IMG/VR virus record: IMGVR_UViG_3300042922_000577
Coordinates: 1-53,330 of that record
Source: a virus
Taxonomy: Duplodnaviria > Caudoviricetes
Strand: one strand, 5' to 3'
Length of the DNA: 53,330 bases
A model generated the notes under the pieces. It did not search any database, had not been told where the DNA came from, and worked only from the letters and a program-made list of their open reading frames with translations. Numbering within the stretch: position 1 is the stretch's first letter; each line of letters begins with the position of its first letter. Positions 1 to 9,378 of this stretch are shown piece by piece. Both the position numbers and the translations under genes were made by a program.

Positions 1-127
1 AATGTATCAGGTCTTTGGGGCGTTTTTCTTAGCGGAAAAAATTGGGTAGGGGGGCGATTTTCACCAGGGAATGGGTGGGAAAAGGCGATAGGGGGTGTGC
101 GTTTGTTCGTGCAGTTTTTTGGGGTGG
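1..127. repeat. 127-bp terminal direct repeat (identical to 53204-53330); probable circular assembly overlap
   Basis: Exact match of both ends read directly; 127 is a common assembler k-mer size. Confidence 0.9.
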
Positions 128-389
128 GATATTGGCGCGGGGGCAAGATAGGCCGGTTGTCTACATTCGAACGATTGTGCGTGATTCTTTCGCTGTCCCT
201 ATTCGATTATTCGTATATACCTTCTATGCCTGTCGCGGCATATGGGTCTGCCCCCTCCCCCTGCCAGCTGATAATCGTTCTCATCTTTTAACTTTGCTGG
301 ATTTGTCACATTTGTGTGCGGATGTGTAGTAGTGTTGAGGTATCGGCAGGGGGATAGGCCCCCGGCCACTAGCTCTAGGAGCAGAGCGC

Positions 390-659
390 ATGTTCACTGA
401 ATACGCAGTCCACAACCTGACGCCCGAGCAGGTGGCCAACGTGCCCGCCGGACCTCACACCATGCTCAATGCGGAGCAGGTACTCCCCGCAATCGAAGCG
501 GGAGAGCGGGTCTACGCCTACATGCCCCCCGTGGATGGCCAGCGGCACGGTCAGCTGACCCGCCTCGCGTCGGCCTACTACGTCGAGAAGTACGCCGAAC
601 GAATCGCGTTCGCGTGGGCATCCGGTACCACGGTTGCCGACATGATCGGGCGTGCCTGA
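390..659 (+). CDS. hypothetical early protein
   Basis: ATG preceded by AGGAGCAGA RBS; first gene of the rightward arm. Confidence 0.75.
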   Translation: MFTEYAVHNLTPEQVANVPAGPHTMLNAEQVLPAIEAGERVYAYMPPVDGQRHGQLTRLASAYYVEKYAERIAFAWASGTTVADMIGRA

Positions 660-811
660 TGGGCGCCCAGCGCGACGCCAAGCGCTCCGCCGGTGCCCGA
701 GTGGCCACGGTCGCACGCCGTCAGGCCCGCGCCGCCAAAGCGCCCGCGCCCGTGTCCCTCCAGCGCCTCGCCCGTGACCTGGGCGCCGAGTACCGCGGGG
801 GTGCGCTGTGA
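659..811 (+). CDS. small basic hypothetical protein (MGAQRDAKRS...)
   Basis: TGATG coupling to the previous gene. Confidence 0.55.
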   Translation: MGAQRDAKRSAGARVATVARRQARAAKAPAPVSLQRLARDLGAEYRGGAL

Positions 812-987
812 AGGGCGCGGAGAACGGCTACCGCTACAGCGGCGCCGAAAACGATTACCGCGTGACCGTGCTCCGCCGGAAGGGCGCCGCGACCCTCGTG
901 CGAGTTGAGGCCTGCCTCACCGGTGAGGGCACGATCCCCGCGGGTGCCGAGGTCACGATCCCGAGCCGGAAGCTGGCCGCGCTGTGA
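808..987 (+). CDS. small hypothetical protein (59 aa, MKGAENGYRY...)
   Basis: GTGA coupling; translated by hand, below the ORF-track cutoff. Confidence 0.6.
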   Translation: MKGAENGYRYSGAENDYRVTVLRRKGAATLVRVEACLTGEGTIPAGAEVTIPSRKLAAL

Positions 988-1145
988 ACCCCTCCAGGGT
1001 GTGCGGCGCCCAGAACGGCACCTACTCGTGCCAGCGCCTGGCCCACGGCTCCCCGCAGCACCGCGCCCGCTTCTTGAGTGCCGGTACGCCCTACGTCCTC
1101 CTATGGGGGGACGGGCAGACCCGCTCCAAACTCGACCGCCCCTGA
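984..1145 (+). CDS. small Cys/His protein (53 aa, C-x8-C-x4-H-x4-H)
   Basis: GTGA coupling; hand translation MNPSRVCGAQNGTYSCQRLAHGSPQH... Confidence 0.5.
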   Translation: MNPSRVCGAQNGTYSCQRLAHGSPQHRARFLSAGTPYVLLWGDGQTRSKLDRP

Positions 1146-1238
1146 GCGCGTGCGGATCGGTTCCCCTCACGGGGCGCCGGTTCGGGCATTCTCAGAATCC
1201 CCGATTGACCAATCCCTATATGCCCTGGAGGGTATGCA

Positions 1239-1886
1239 ATGCCTCGCATCGAACGCCACATTGGACTCGGTTGGACCGCGGACCGCTTCCGCGTCGTCGC
1301 CACGCTCACCCTGGAGACGCCCGAGCCGGGCGCCGTGGCCACGTTCACCGACCACACCACGGGACCGGCGCCCGAGCGCATCTCGGTCTCCTGGGAAGCC
1401 CTGAAGTACCGCGGCACGAGCCGGGAGGAGGGAAGCGCCGGACAGGTTCCGAGCGAGGACCGCGTTATCGCGCGCCGCGCCGTCGCGGGCCAGAACGGCT
1501 ACAACTACAGTGACGCCGACGCCGAGACGGCCGCATTTATCGACGCCGTTTGGCGAGACTGGCACCTCAATGACATGAACGCCGCGTGCGACCACATGAC
1601 GCCGGACGCCCTCAACCCCGACGCCGAGACCCTGGCCGCCTACCGCGCCGAGAAGACGGCCGAGCGCGGCGAATGGCGCGAGAAGACGGCCGAGCGCGGC
1701 GAATGGCGCGAGAAGTACAGCCCCGCGTTCTACGGAGACGCCGACGCCCTCCAGAAGTACCGGCTGGACCACGTGACGTGCCCCGAAACCGACTACCGCT
1801 ACGGCCACTCCTGGTTGGCCCGCACCGTCCCCGCCGACATCCTGGAGCGCTTCCGGACCCTGGTCGAGAACGGGGCTCCTCAGTGA
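1239..1886 (+). CDS. hypothetical protein with internal 10-aa tandem duplication
   Basis: GGAGG RBS, phage-like codon usage, WRDWHLNDM...C/H motifs. Confidence 0.75.
   Translation: MPRIERHIGLGWTADRFRVVATLTLETPEPGAVATFTDHTTGPAPERISVSWEALKYRGTSREEGSAGQVPSEDRVIARRAVAGQNGYNYSDADAETAAFIDAVWRDWHLNDMNAACDHMTPDALNPDAETLAAYRAEKTAERGEWREKTAERGEWREKYSPAFYGDADALQKYRLDHVTCPETDYRYGHSWLARTVPADILERFRTLVENGAPQ
1650..1715 (+). repeat. perfect 30-bp tandem duplication (EKTAERGEWR x2)
   Basis: gagaagacggccgagcgcggcgaatggcgc occurs at 1650-1679 and 1680-1709, followed by gagaag. Confidence 0.95.
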
Positions 1887-2038
1887 ACCGGCGCCGCCAG
1901 ACGTTCCAAGCCCTCCCCGCATCCCGGGCGCCGCGCCACCTGTCCCAGACCGTGACCGTGCTCACCACCTCAGCGGCGTGCATCCTCGGCATGACGGCGA
2001 ATCTCGCCCTCGCCCTGGCCCTGGTGTCGGTCCGATGA
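1883..2038 (+). CDS. small membrane protein
   Basis: GTGA coupling; hydrophobic C-terminus. Confidence 0.5.
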   Translation: MNRRRQTFQALPASRAPRHLSQTVTVLTTSAACILGMTANLALALALVSVR

Positions 2039-2229
2039 CGTTCTACTGTCCCGGATGCCGCCGGGCACTCGGCAACCTGGAGCCCTGCCCCAACTGTGAA
2101 CCTCAGATCAAAGCCCCGGACGATTCCCGCCGCCCTCCCGGTGACCTCGTGCTGACCGTCGTCGCCTTGCTCAGCCTGGCCGCCTGGTTCGCCGTGATCG
2201 CCGCATCTTTGTTCGAAGGTCTTCCTTGA
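2035..2229 (+). CDS. zinc-ribbon (CxxC...CxxC) protein with C-terminal TM helix
   Basis: MTFYCPGC...CPNC, hydrophobic tail, ATGA coupling. Confidence 0.6.
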   Translation: MTFYCPGCRRALGNLEPCPNCEPQIKAPDDSRRPPGDLVLTVVALLSLAAWFAVIAASLFEGLP

Positions 2230-2242
2230 CCATGTTCGAATG

Positions 2243-2386
2243 TTGAGAACCGTTCTCACTGATGCACTCCTAGACACCGTTAGCTTTTACCCTATATAGG
2301 GTTTTCTAGGTGTTAATAGATACATAATGTTATTTATAACTAAAGTTAATGGTGTGTTAGGTGATATTAAGGAGAACGGTTCTCAA
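2243..2386. promoter_or_regulatory. candidate replication origin: AT-rich core flanked by 15-bp inverted repeats
   Basis: ttgagaaccgttctc (2243-2257) and gagaacggttctcaa (2372-2386); palindrome accctatatagggt (2289-2302); very AT-rich in a high-GC genome. Confidence 0.5.
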
Positions 2387-2702
2387 TAAGGCCACAACCC
2401 CGCGCCACGACTGGGATGCCGACCCCCGACAAGCCCCAGACTGGCGAGAATCGGACATGAGACATACGCCCACCCCCTGACACACAGGCGCACACTCTCC
2501 CGAAACCCGCCCCAAAGAAACTACAAACACTACTTGCGTTTGTAGGGCGAAACACCCACAATGTTAGGTAGGGCGAATAGCCCGAAACCGGCCCCGCTGA
2601 GATATTCAAGCGGATGCTTCCCGGGACGTAGGCGGATGTTTCGCCCACCTCGCCCCGAATCTCGACCCCCGAACGACACCGAATCTTCGAAGGAGACACA
2701 CC

Positions 2703-3053
2703 ATGTCCAACTCCGCACGCACGCAGCACGCCCGCGACGCCCTCCAGATGCGCCTGAGCACCGGCCCCAGCGCCCGCCAGACGTTCGCCCAGCGGCAGAT
2801 GGTGCACGCCATGACGATCCGCAGCCTGAAGCTCACCACCCCGCAGCGCCGCGCGCTGGACGCGATCGCCGAGCACCACACGGCCCCCATCCACCCGGGC
2901 AGCATCGTCACCGACCGGATGTTCTCCACCCTGGAGGGTCACGGCCTGGTGCGCTCCGACCCCGCCCGCCCGCACCGCGCCGCCCTGACCGACCTCGGCA
3001 TGGCCTACGCCCGCCGAACCCCCCGCACCGCCGCGAAGGGTGGCCGCAAGTGA
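2703..3053 (+). CDS. hypothetical protein, possible winged-helix
   Basis: GAAGGAG RBS; TTPQRRAL...LEGHGLV...LTDLG pattern. Confidence 0.65.
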   Translation: MSNSARTQHARDALQMRLSTGPSARQTFAQRQMVHAMTIRSLKLTTPQRRALDAIAEHHTAPIHPGSIVTDRMFSTLEGHGLVRSDPARPHRAALTDLGMAYARRTPRTAAKGGRK

Positions 3054-3565
3054 CCGCCGAGCGCGTCGCCGTCCGCCTGACGGGTGAGGGCTGGGAGCCC
3101 ATCGGCTACCGCGGGCGGATCATGCCCGCCGTCCCCGCCGCCGACCACCGCCGCGTCAGCGGTCTACCGACCTACGACCTGCGCATCCCGATCACCGGCG
3201 GGGAGGGCTCCAGCCTGTATTACGGTGTGGACGACCCCGCGGGGCTGTGGGCGGTCGAGGTGCTGGAGGCGGGCACGTATGGCATCATCCAGGTGGACCC
3301 CGCCACGACCCCGCGCCTATTGACCTGCGCCGTCTGCGCTCGCAGCTGGGCCGAGGACATCACGCCCGCGGGCCGGTGCCCCTGGGAGCACATGCACGAC
3401 GACGACGAGCCCGACGACGAGCCTGCCACCCTCACCCCCGGCCAGATCGCCGCCGACGTGATGCGACGCTGGAACCTGGAGCGCCCGCAGGGCATGCCCG
3501 CTGGACAGCTTGCCGACATGCTCGCAGAGGCCGCCCGCATCGCCCGCGGGGAGGTGTCCGCATGA
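3050..3565 (+). CDS. hypothetical protein with CxxC...C-x2-EH motif
   Basis: GTGA coupling. Confidence 0.65.
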   Translation: MTAERVAVRLTGEGWEPIGYRGRIMPAVPAADHRRVSGLPTYDLRIPITGGEGSSLYYGVDDPAGLWAVEVLEAGTYGIIQVDPATTPRLLTCAVCARSWAEDITPAGRCPWEHMHDDDEPDDEPATLTPGQIAADVMRRWNLERPQGMPAGQLADMLAEAARIARGEVSA

Positions 3566-3993
3566 CCGCCCCGGGCCAGATGGCCGCCGTCGAGGGCCGC
3601 ACGATGACGACCGCCTACGGGGACCGGATCACGTTCGAGGGGTACGAGCGGAACGGGGCGCCCGCGCACGATGAGTTCATCATGAAGATGCACGACCGCG
3701 GGATGGTCTTCCAGCTGGACCCGGCACACGTGGCACAGGCACTGAACGGGATCGTTCCCGGGCTGACCGTGAGCTACACCCCGGTGTACATCGGCGAGGA
3801 GACGCGCGCGGTGATCGACGCCGCCCGGGCGATGCTGGCCAAGTTCGTCGAGGGCCACCCGGACGCCCATCCGGCCGTGCTGAAGGCCTACCGCGCCGCC
3901 GTCGTGGACATGACCTACGCGCTGACCGCGTGGGCGGGGAGCTACGCCCCGGCGCAGGTGCGCGGCATCATCGAATCCGAGGTGAGCAAATGA
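3562..3993 (+). CDS. hypothetical protein
   Basis: GGAGG RBS, ATGA coupling. Confidence 0.7.
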   Translation: MTAPGQMAAVEGRTMTTAYGDRITFEGYERNGAPAHDEFIMKMHDRGMVFQLDPAHVAQALNGIVPGLTVSYTPVYIGEETRAVIDAARAMLAKFVEGHPDAHPAVLKAYRAAVVDMTYALTAWAGSYAPAQVRGIIESEVSK

Positions 3994-4655
3994 GCACCAC
4001 GATCCACACCCACCAGACGAGCTACAACGGCGGCGCATCCCGCAACGTCGGCGTGACCAACGGGAGTGAGCGCGTCAGCCTGGCGGTCTCCGACCCGGGC
4101 AGCCTCAGGAGCGAGATCGAGGCACTGGGGCTCTCCCCCGAGGAGGCGACCGGGCTCGGCGTGGCCCTGATCAACGCGGCGCAGAACGTCCGAGACGACC
4201 GCTGGGGCGGCCCGACCGACGACCTCGCGACCGCCGCCCGAGTGCTGGCCACCCTCGCCCAGGTGGGGAAGCCCGAGGATGCCCCTCAGGCGCTGACGCT
4301 GGCCGTTACCCGCCCCGTCGATCGTCAGGAGGTCGAGGACCTGATCACCGGCACCGGCGTCCTCTCCTACTCGTGGTGGCTGAACGTCGAGGATGCGCCC
4401 GACGCGATGGGCGGCACCGGCGATGCGTTCCTGTTCACTCACTGGGAGCCGGACACCGAGGGTGGAAGCGTTCAGACCACGGTCACCGCGCAGCAGATCG
4501 TGGACGCCGCCGCGCGGGTGATCAAGGGCGACGGCGCCAAGGTGGACGCGGCCAGCGCCCGCGACATGGCGAACGACACGCTGGGCTACGCCGACTCGAT
4601 CGCCGCCGACGCCGTGTTGCAGCTGGCCGTGTTCGGGCGGGTGATCTACGGATGA
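3990..4655 (+). CDS. hypothetical protein
   Basis: GAGG RBS, ATGA coupling. Confidence 0.7.
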   Translation: MSTTIHTHQTSYNGGASRNVGVTNGSERVSLAVSDPGSLRSEIEALGLSPEEATGLGVALINAAQNVRDDRWGGPTDDLATAARVLATLAQVGKPEDAPQALTLAVTRPVDRQEVEDLITGTGVLSYSWWLNVEDAPDAMGGTGDAFLFTHWEPDTEGGSVQTTVTAQQIVDAAARVIKGDGAKVDAASARDMANDTLGYADSIAADAVLQLAVFGRVIYG

Positions 4656-4882
4656 GCCGTCGACTCGCCGCCCTCACTCTGGCGCTTACGGGAGCACTGG
4701 CCCTGATCGCCGGTGTCGTCGTCGGTACCCTCGGAGAGGCCGCTCAGGCGGAGGCCATCGAGACGGCGACGGTCCAAGAGGCGTTCGACGAGGGCTTCGC
4801 CGCCGGTGCCGAGTACGAGCGCTGGTTCTGCACCAACACCGTCACCCCCGCACCATCCACCCCCACGACCGAGGAGAACTGA
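4652..4882 (+). CDS. small membrane/secreted protein
   Basis: N-terminal hydrophobic helix; ATGA coupling. Confidence 0.6.
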   Translation: MSRRLAALTLALTGALALIAGVVVGTLGEAAQAEAIETATVQEAFDEGFAAGAEYERWFCTNTVTPAPSTPTTEEN

Positions 4883-4884
4883 TC

Positions 4885-5634
4885 ATGCCCCGTGGACCCC
4901 AGATTCTGAGCCCGCAGCAGCAGCGCATGCTGGAGGAGGCGCGCGCCGCGTTCCTCGCGTACGAGAAGGCCGAGCGCGCGGCCAAGGTTGAGTTCGAGGC
5001 GCTGATGGCGACCCGGACCCAGCAGCAGCGGATCGCCCTGGCCCGAGCGGTCGCGACGGCGGTCAACAACGGCGTGCCCAAGGCGCGGGTGAATCAGGAG
5101 GCGCTGGGCGTAACCACCCCGAACGCCTGGGTCCGATGGGCCGACCTCGCCGCCGCATTCACGCAGCAGGGCGTGCCCATGCCGAGCGCCCAGGGCGTCA
5201 CCCCGCTCCCGCCGATGGAGCACGCGCTCCCCATCCGCGTGCCCGAGACGATCCCGAGCGCGACGGACTGGCCCCTGCCCGCGACCCTCCAGGCGCACGA
5301 GCACGCCGGTGTGCTGTCGTTCATCGGCGACCCGCGCGACCGTCACCTCCGCGTGGTGTGGCCCGCGTACCCGTCCACGACTCCGGATGCCCCGGCGACC
5401 CTGGAGGGCGACGTGACCTACGACCCGTCCCTGCCCGGGCGGTGGCGCGCGACCCGTGACCCTCAGAACAAGCCCACCACGTTCGGGACCGAGACGGGTG
5501 CATTCACCTACGAGGTCGAGCAGCGCCGGGGCGCGTCGCCGGTGCGGCAGGCGTTGGACAGCTTCGTCGCCGCCGCCGAGCTCCCGCCGTACGAGGCTCC
5601 CGGCCTGGACGTGGACGAGGACGAGGGATTCTGA
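4885..5634 (+). CDS. hypothetical protein, N-terminal coiled-coil/HTH-like, acidic C-tail DVDEDEGF
   Basis: GAGGAG RBS; helical N-terminus; SSB-like tail. Confidence 0.75.
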   Translation: MPRGPQILSPQQQRMLEEARAAFLAYEKAERAAKVEFEALMATRTQQQRIALARAVATAVNNGVPKARVNQEALGVTTPNAWVRWADLAAAFTQQGVPMPSAQGVTPLPPMEHALPIRVPETIPSATDWPLPATLQAHEHAGVLSFIGDPRDRHLRVVWPAYPSTTPDAPATLEGDVTYDPSLPGRWRATRDPQNKPTTFGTETGAFTYEVEQRRGASPVRQALDSFVAAAELPPYEAPGLDVDEDEGF

Positions 5635-5646
5635 CCGAATCCGGAA

Positions 5647-5684
5647 ACAAATGCACATACTCATGTGCGTTTGTGTGCTAAGAT
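5647..5684 (+). promoter_or_regulatory. palindromic operator plus extended -10 promoter (TGc-TAAGAT)
   Basis: acaaatgcacat-actc-atgtgcgtttgt followed by gtgc TAAGAT; near-identical copy at 7343-7379. Confidence 0.7.
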
Positions 5685-5718
5685 CGTAGTATCCCAACCG
5701 AGCAGAAGGAGCCCTACC

Positions 5719-6303
5719 GTGCGAATCCACACCGACACCCTGACCCGCGAGAACATCCAGCAGGCGCTCATCGCCGAGATCGAGAAGGGCCGTATCGCCC
5801 GCCACGTCTCGTTCAAGGTGCTGACCGAGGGCGGCTCCCGCTCGCACCGCCGGAGCTTCGAGGTCCAGCTGGAGGCCGCCGAGCGCGACAACGGCCGCCG
5901 GGTGGGCAACTCCGGCAGCTACGGCGCCATGCGGCCCGAGCACGACGGCTACGCGGCCACGTACGACGAGTGGGGATGGCTCCTCGCCGCGCTGTACCAG
6001 ATCGACCCGGCGTTCATCGTCGGCACGGTGAAGCACCCGGTCTACGACGGTCGCGACGACTTCGACCACAAGACGGCGCTGACCTACAACCCGGAGAAGC
6101 TGATCAACACCCTGCGCTTCTACGGCGACCCGTACCCCATGGTGATCGGCCGCGCCGCGAAGACGAAGCGCGGCTACATGATCGGCCGACGCGGCGCCGA
6201 CCGTGCGAGCCACGAGGGCTACCGGTCTTACTGGGGCGGCAAGGAGCAGCCCCGCACGGTCGAAGAGGTGCGCGAGTTCGCCCGCCTGGAGGTGACCGCG
6301 TGA
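5719..6303 (+). CDS. hypothetical protein (AATYDEWGW motif)
   Basis: GAAGGAG RBS and GTG start. Confidence 0.75.
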   Translation: MRIHTDTLTRENIQQALIAEIEKGRIARHVSFKVLTEGGSRSHRRSFEVQLEAAERDNGRRVGNSGSYGAMRPEHDGYAATYDEWGWLLAALYQIDPAFIVGTVKHPVYDGRDDFDHKTALTYNPEKLINTLRFYGDPYPMVIGRAAKTKRGYMIGRRGADRASHEGYRSYWGGKEQPRTVEEVREFARLEVTA

Positions 6304-6485
6304 CCCACTCCCTCCCGATCCTGGACCCCGGCGAGGCCCGCCCGGTCCCCGCGGCGTCCGTCAATCACCGGTACGTGACCGAGGCGCTGGATCAGACCCT
6401 CGCCGCCGAGGTGGGGCGCTCCCTGGCCAAGCAGCGCCGCGGGCGCCGGAGCCTCTTCCCCGCGTTCTTCCGTTCCCGGACTTGA
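6300..6485 (+). CDS. small hypothetical protein
   Basis: GGAGG RBS, GTGA coupling. Confidence 0.55.
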   Translation: MTHSLPILDPGEARPVPAASVNHRYVTEALDQTLAAEVGRSLAKQRRGRRSLFPAFFRSRT

Positions 6486-6547
6486 CCCGGTAACGTACCC
6501 CCATCCCATAGCAGCACCCCGATTCACTGAACAGAAGGAGCACACCC

Positions 6548-6946
6548 GTGTCGAACACGCCCGCCAACATCACCCCGATCAACCCCTCCGCCGCCGACGA
6601 CCTCGCGTTCATCCGGTCGGAGGTGAAGAAGTCCAAGGGGGTGACCGAAGGCACGGTCGTCCGGTTCGACCGGGTGAAGCTCCGCCGCATCCGCCCCGCC
6701 GGAGTGCCCGAGGGTGCGCGCATCCCCCAGACCGAAGCTGTCGGCGTCGAGGAGTTCATCACCACCTACGCGGCGCTCTACGTCGGCGGCCGTTGGTACG
6801 TGACCGGCTCGCAGAGCGAGACCGCCCAGGGCCAGCCCTACACCTCCCGGCAGTTCTTCGACGACGTGATCGGCCACGCGGCCACGCGCAACGTCCAGAT
6901 CGCCACCAAGTTCGAGGCCGTCGAGCCCGAGGGCGAGGACGAATGA
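6548..6946 (+). CDS. hypothetical protein
   Basis: GAAGGAGCAC RBS. Confidence 0.75.
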   Translation: MSNTPANITPINPSAADDLAFIRSEVKKSKGVTEGTVVRFDRVKLRRIRPAGVPEGARIPQTEAVGVEEFITTYAALYVGGRWYVTGSQSETAQGQPYTSRQFFDDVIGHAATRNVQIATKFEAVEPEGEDE

Positions 6947-7338
6947 CCGCGCGCCTGGCCATCTCGATCGAGGTGGACCCCGGCCGGAACACTCCCGGTG
7001 AAGCCATCCAGGCGGTGCAGGAGGCGCTGGAGGTGTACGGCCGGGTGTCCGATGGCACGACGACCCCCTGGGGCGGCCAGGCGCAGGCGCCCCGCGGCCT
7101 GATCTTCGGGACCAACACCCGCGGCGGCTCCAGCACCATCGGGACGTGGCGCCTGGTGGAGCGCGAGACGCGGCCGGAGGAGATCGCCGCCGCCGTCGTC
7201 GCCCGCCTGACCGAGGGGCGCACGCTCCCCGGCGAGGACACGGCCGGAGTCCTGGCCATCATCACCCGCGTGGCCGCCGAGGCCATTCGCGAGGACCGGA
7301 AGACCGCCGCGAACATCGTTCCCGACGACGACTTCTGA
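6943..7338 (+). CDS. hypothetical protein with acidic-Phe tail (PDDDF)
   Basis: ATGA coupling, GAGGA RBS. Confidence 0.7.
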   Translation: MTARLAISIEVDPGRNTPGEAIQAVQEALEVYGRVSDGTTTPWGGQAQAPRGLIFGTNTRGGSSTIGTWRLVERETRPEEIAAAVVARLTEGRTLPGEDTAGVLAIITRVAAEAIREDRKTAANIVPDDDF

Positions 7339-7342
7339 GAAG

Positions 7343-7379
7343 CAAATGCACATAGGAATGTGCGTTTGTGTGCTAAGAT
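7343..7379 (+). promoter_or_regulatory. second palindromic operator plus extended -10 promoter
   Basis: caaatgcacat-agga-atgtgcgtttgt-gtgc-TAAGAT; 24 nt identical to 5663-5686. Confidence 0.7.
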
Positions 7380-7413
7380 CGCAGTATCAACTTCCCCGAC
7401 GAAGGAGCAGAAC

Positions 7414-7758
7414 GTGAACGACAAGCACCCCGACGAGTACGTCGGACTGGCCATCAACGATGTGGGCGCGACCCTGCCTCCCGAGGCGAAGCTGTACGTG
7501 GTGATCGACACGCGGGACTGGGCGCACTTCGAGGAGATGGTCCAGTACCTCACCGCGCTCGAACTCCCCGGCCTGAACCCGGTCCAGATCGAGCGTCCGA
7601 CCACGATCTACGCGGTTCCCACGGCCGTCCGCCGCAACGCGGACTTCACCATCGGCATCACGGTCCAGGCGCCGAGCGTGACCCGCCCCCGCCTCCCTGA
7701 GGTGGACCCCGCAACGGCGCGCGCGGAGGAGGTGCTGGCCCGTGTCTCTGGTTCCTGA
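7414..7758 (+). CDS. hypothetical protein
   Basis: GAAGGAGCAGAAC RBS and GTG start. Confidence 0.7.
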   Translation: MNDKHPDEYVGLAINDVGATLPPEAKLYVVIDTRDWAHFEEMVQYLTALELPGLNPVQIERPTTIYAVPTAVRRNADFTIGITVQAPSVTRPRLPEVDPATARAEEVLARVSGS

Positions 7759-8215
7759 GAAGCGCCTCCGCCCCCGTGTCGGCACTCCGACGATCGAGGA
7801 GGTGGCCCGCCGCCTGTATGACCTGAACCCGGACGTGCACACGCACTCCGAGGATGGCCGCGTCGACTCGATGAAGCGCCCCCACTGGACGGCCGCGCGC
7901 TCGTACAACTCGTCGCAGTGGCGCCTGGCCATGCGGCAGGCGACGAACCTCGTGGACAACCTGGAGCGCCCGCCGTACGAACTCATCCACCGATTCCGTT
8001 CCGAGATGATGTTCGACCGCCTCCAGGGCATCGGCGACACCCGCCTGATCGAGGACATCGACCGGGCCATCCAGGGCTGCATCGAGCGCCTGCGTGACGA
8101 GACGGGCATCCAGGCCGACGTGGAGAAGGACGACCACTGGGCGCGCGTCGAGCCGCTGGTGCTGGATCACCTCGACGTGAACGAGGGCCTGTACTGGGGA
8201 CCGGTGACCCGATGA
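7742..8215 (+). CDS. hypothetical protein
   Basis: GGAGG RBS. Confidence 0.7.
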   Translation: MSLVPEKRLRPRVGTPTIEEVARRLYDLNPDVHTHSEDGRVDSMKRPHWTAARSYNSSQWRLAMRQATNLVDNLERPPYELIHRFRSEMMFDRLQGIGDTRLIEDIDRAIQGCIERLRDETGIQADVEKDDHWARVEPLVLDHLDVNEGLYWGPVTR

Positions 8216-8529
8216 GTCTGCGCAGCATCATCGAGGCCAGCTTCTACGACGGGAGCATGGGCGCCCTTGACCGCCATCAGGTGGAGGAGCAGATCGACGA
8301 GATGGTTCGCGGGATCGAGGATGCCACCCGCATCATCACGATCAAGCTCCCGAAGAACCCGGCCCACAACCCGCATGCCAAGATCACCGGCGGGTGCGCC
8401 GTGGCCACCGAGTGCACCGACTCGACGGGGGAGCACCACACCCTGGTCATCTACGACGAGACCGGCGCCGGAGAGGCGGACGTGCGTGAGCGCTACAGCC
8501 ACATCACGCGAGTGGAGACGATCGCATGA
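8212..8529 (+). CDS. hypothetical protein (His/Cys motif)
   Basis: ATGA coupling. Confidence 0.7.
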   Translation: MSLRSIIEASFYDGSMGALDRHQVEEQIDEMVRGIEDATRIITIKLPKNPAHNPHAKITGGCAVATECTDSTGEHHTLVIYDETGAGEADVRERYSHITRVETIA

Positions 8530-8768
8530 CCGAGCACATCAGCATCCGCAGCTTCTACCACATGATCACCTGTTCGATCTGCAAGAAGTCCGTCCAGTCC
8601 CGACTCGGCGGCCGGGGCGAGACGTACAAGATCGCCCGTGAGCACGCCCGTCAGCGCCTCGCCGAGGGCTGGAAGCTCTACATCGGGCGCGGGCGCCGGT
8701 GGTACTGCCCGGACCACGAACCGAGTCGTGGCCACACCATGCATCAGCTGGGGGTGGATCAGGCATGA
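8526..8768 (+). CDS. small zinc-binding protein (CxxC...CPDH)
   Basis: Motif and ATGA coupling. Confidence 0.7.
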   Translation: MTEHISIRSFYHMITCSICKKSVQSRLGGRGETYKIAREHARQRLAEGWKLYIGRGRRWYCPDHEPSRGHTMHQLGVDQA

Positions 8769-9025
8769 CCGACGCAACGTTCGACCTCGCATCGAAGGTT
8801 CACCCCGGCGAGGGTCGCCTCTGGCTCATCATGCACGAGCCCCGCAAGCCGAAGACGCCGCTGCGCCTGGAGCTTCGCGCGACCGTGCTCCGCGACGGCA
8901 AGCCGCCCCGCCTGGAGTTCACCGAGATGGTCACGTACGCGGAGACCCAGGCCACCCCCGAGGCGCTGGAGGAGGCCGCCCAGCGTCTCCTGGAGGCCCA
9001 GAAGTTCGTGGGGGTGTTCCTGTGA
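8765..9025 (+). CDS. hypothetical protein
   Basis: ATGA coupling. Confidence 0.65.
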   Translation: MTDATFDLASKVHPGEGRLWLIMHEPRKPKTPLRLELRATVLRDGKPPRLEFTEMVTYAETQATPEALEEAAQRLLEAQKFVGVFL

Positions 9026-9378
9026 GCATCGAGCCCAACACCGCCATCGGCCCCGCGCGCGCCGGAGACGGGCCGACCCGCCCCGGCCGCCTCACCACGC
9101 ACGAGGAGCAGCGCCAGGAGGTCATCCGCAAGATGACGACCGAGGCGACCGAGCAGGGCGTGACCGAGGTCAAGGAGCGCGTGACGTGGCCCGAGGGTGA
9201 CGAGACGGTCGTCGTCGTGAGCTTCACGAAGGAGCACATCGACGGCGAGCCGGTGTACCTGCCGGACCGCGTGGTCGAGTACCTGCCCTCCGGCGCCGAG
9301 GTTCCGCGCGACCCGGATGCGGTCCTCCGCCGCCTGCGCGCCGAGGTCGGCGAGATGTACGAGAAGGGGCTGGTCTGA
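9022..9378 (+). CDS. hypothetical protein
   Basis: GTGA coupling. Confidence 0.65.
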   Translation: MSIEPNTAIGPARAGDGPTRPGRLTTHEEQRQEVIRKMTTEATEQGVTEVKERVTWPEGDETVVVVSFTKEHIDGEPVYLPDRVVEYLPSGAEVPRDPDAVLRRLRAEVGEMYEKGLV

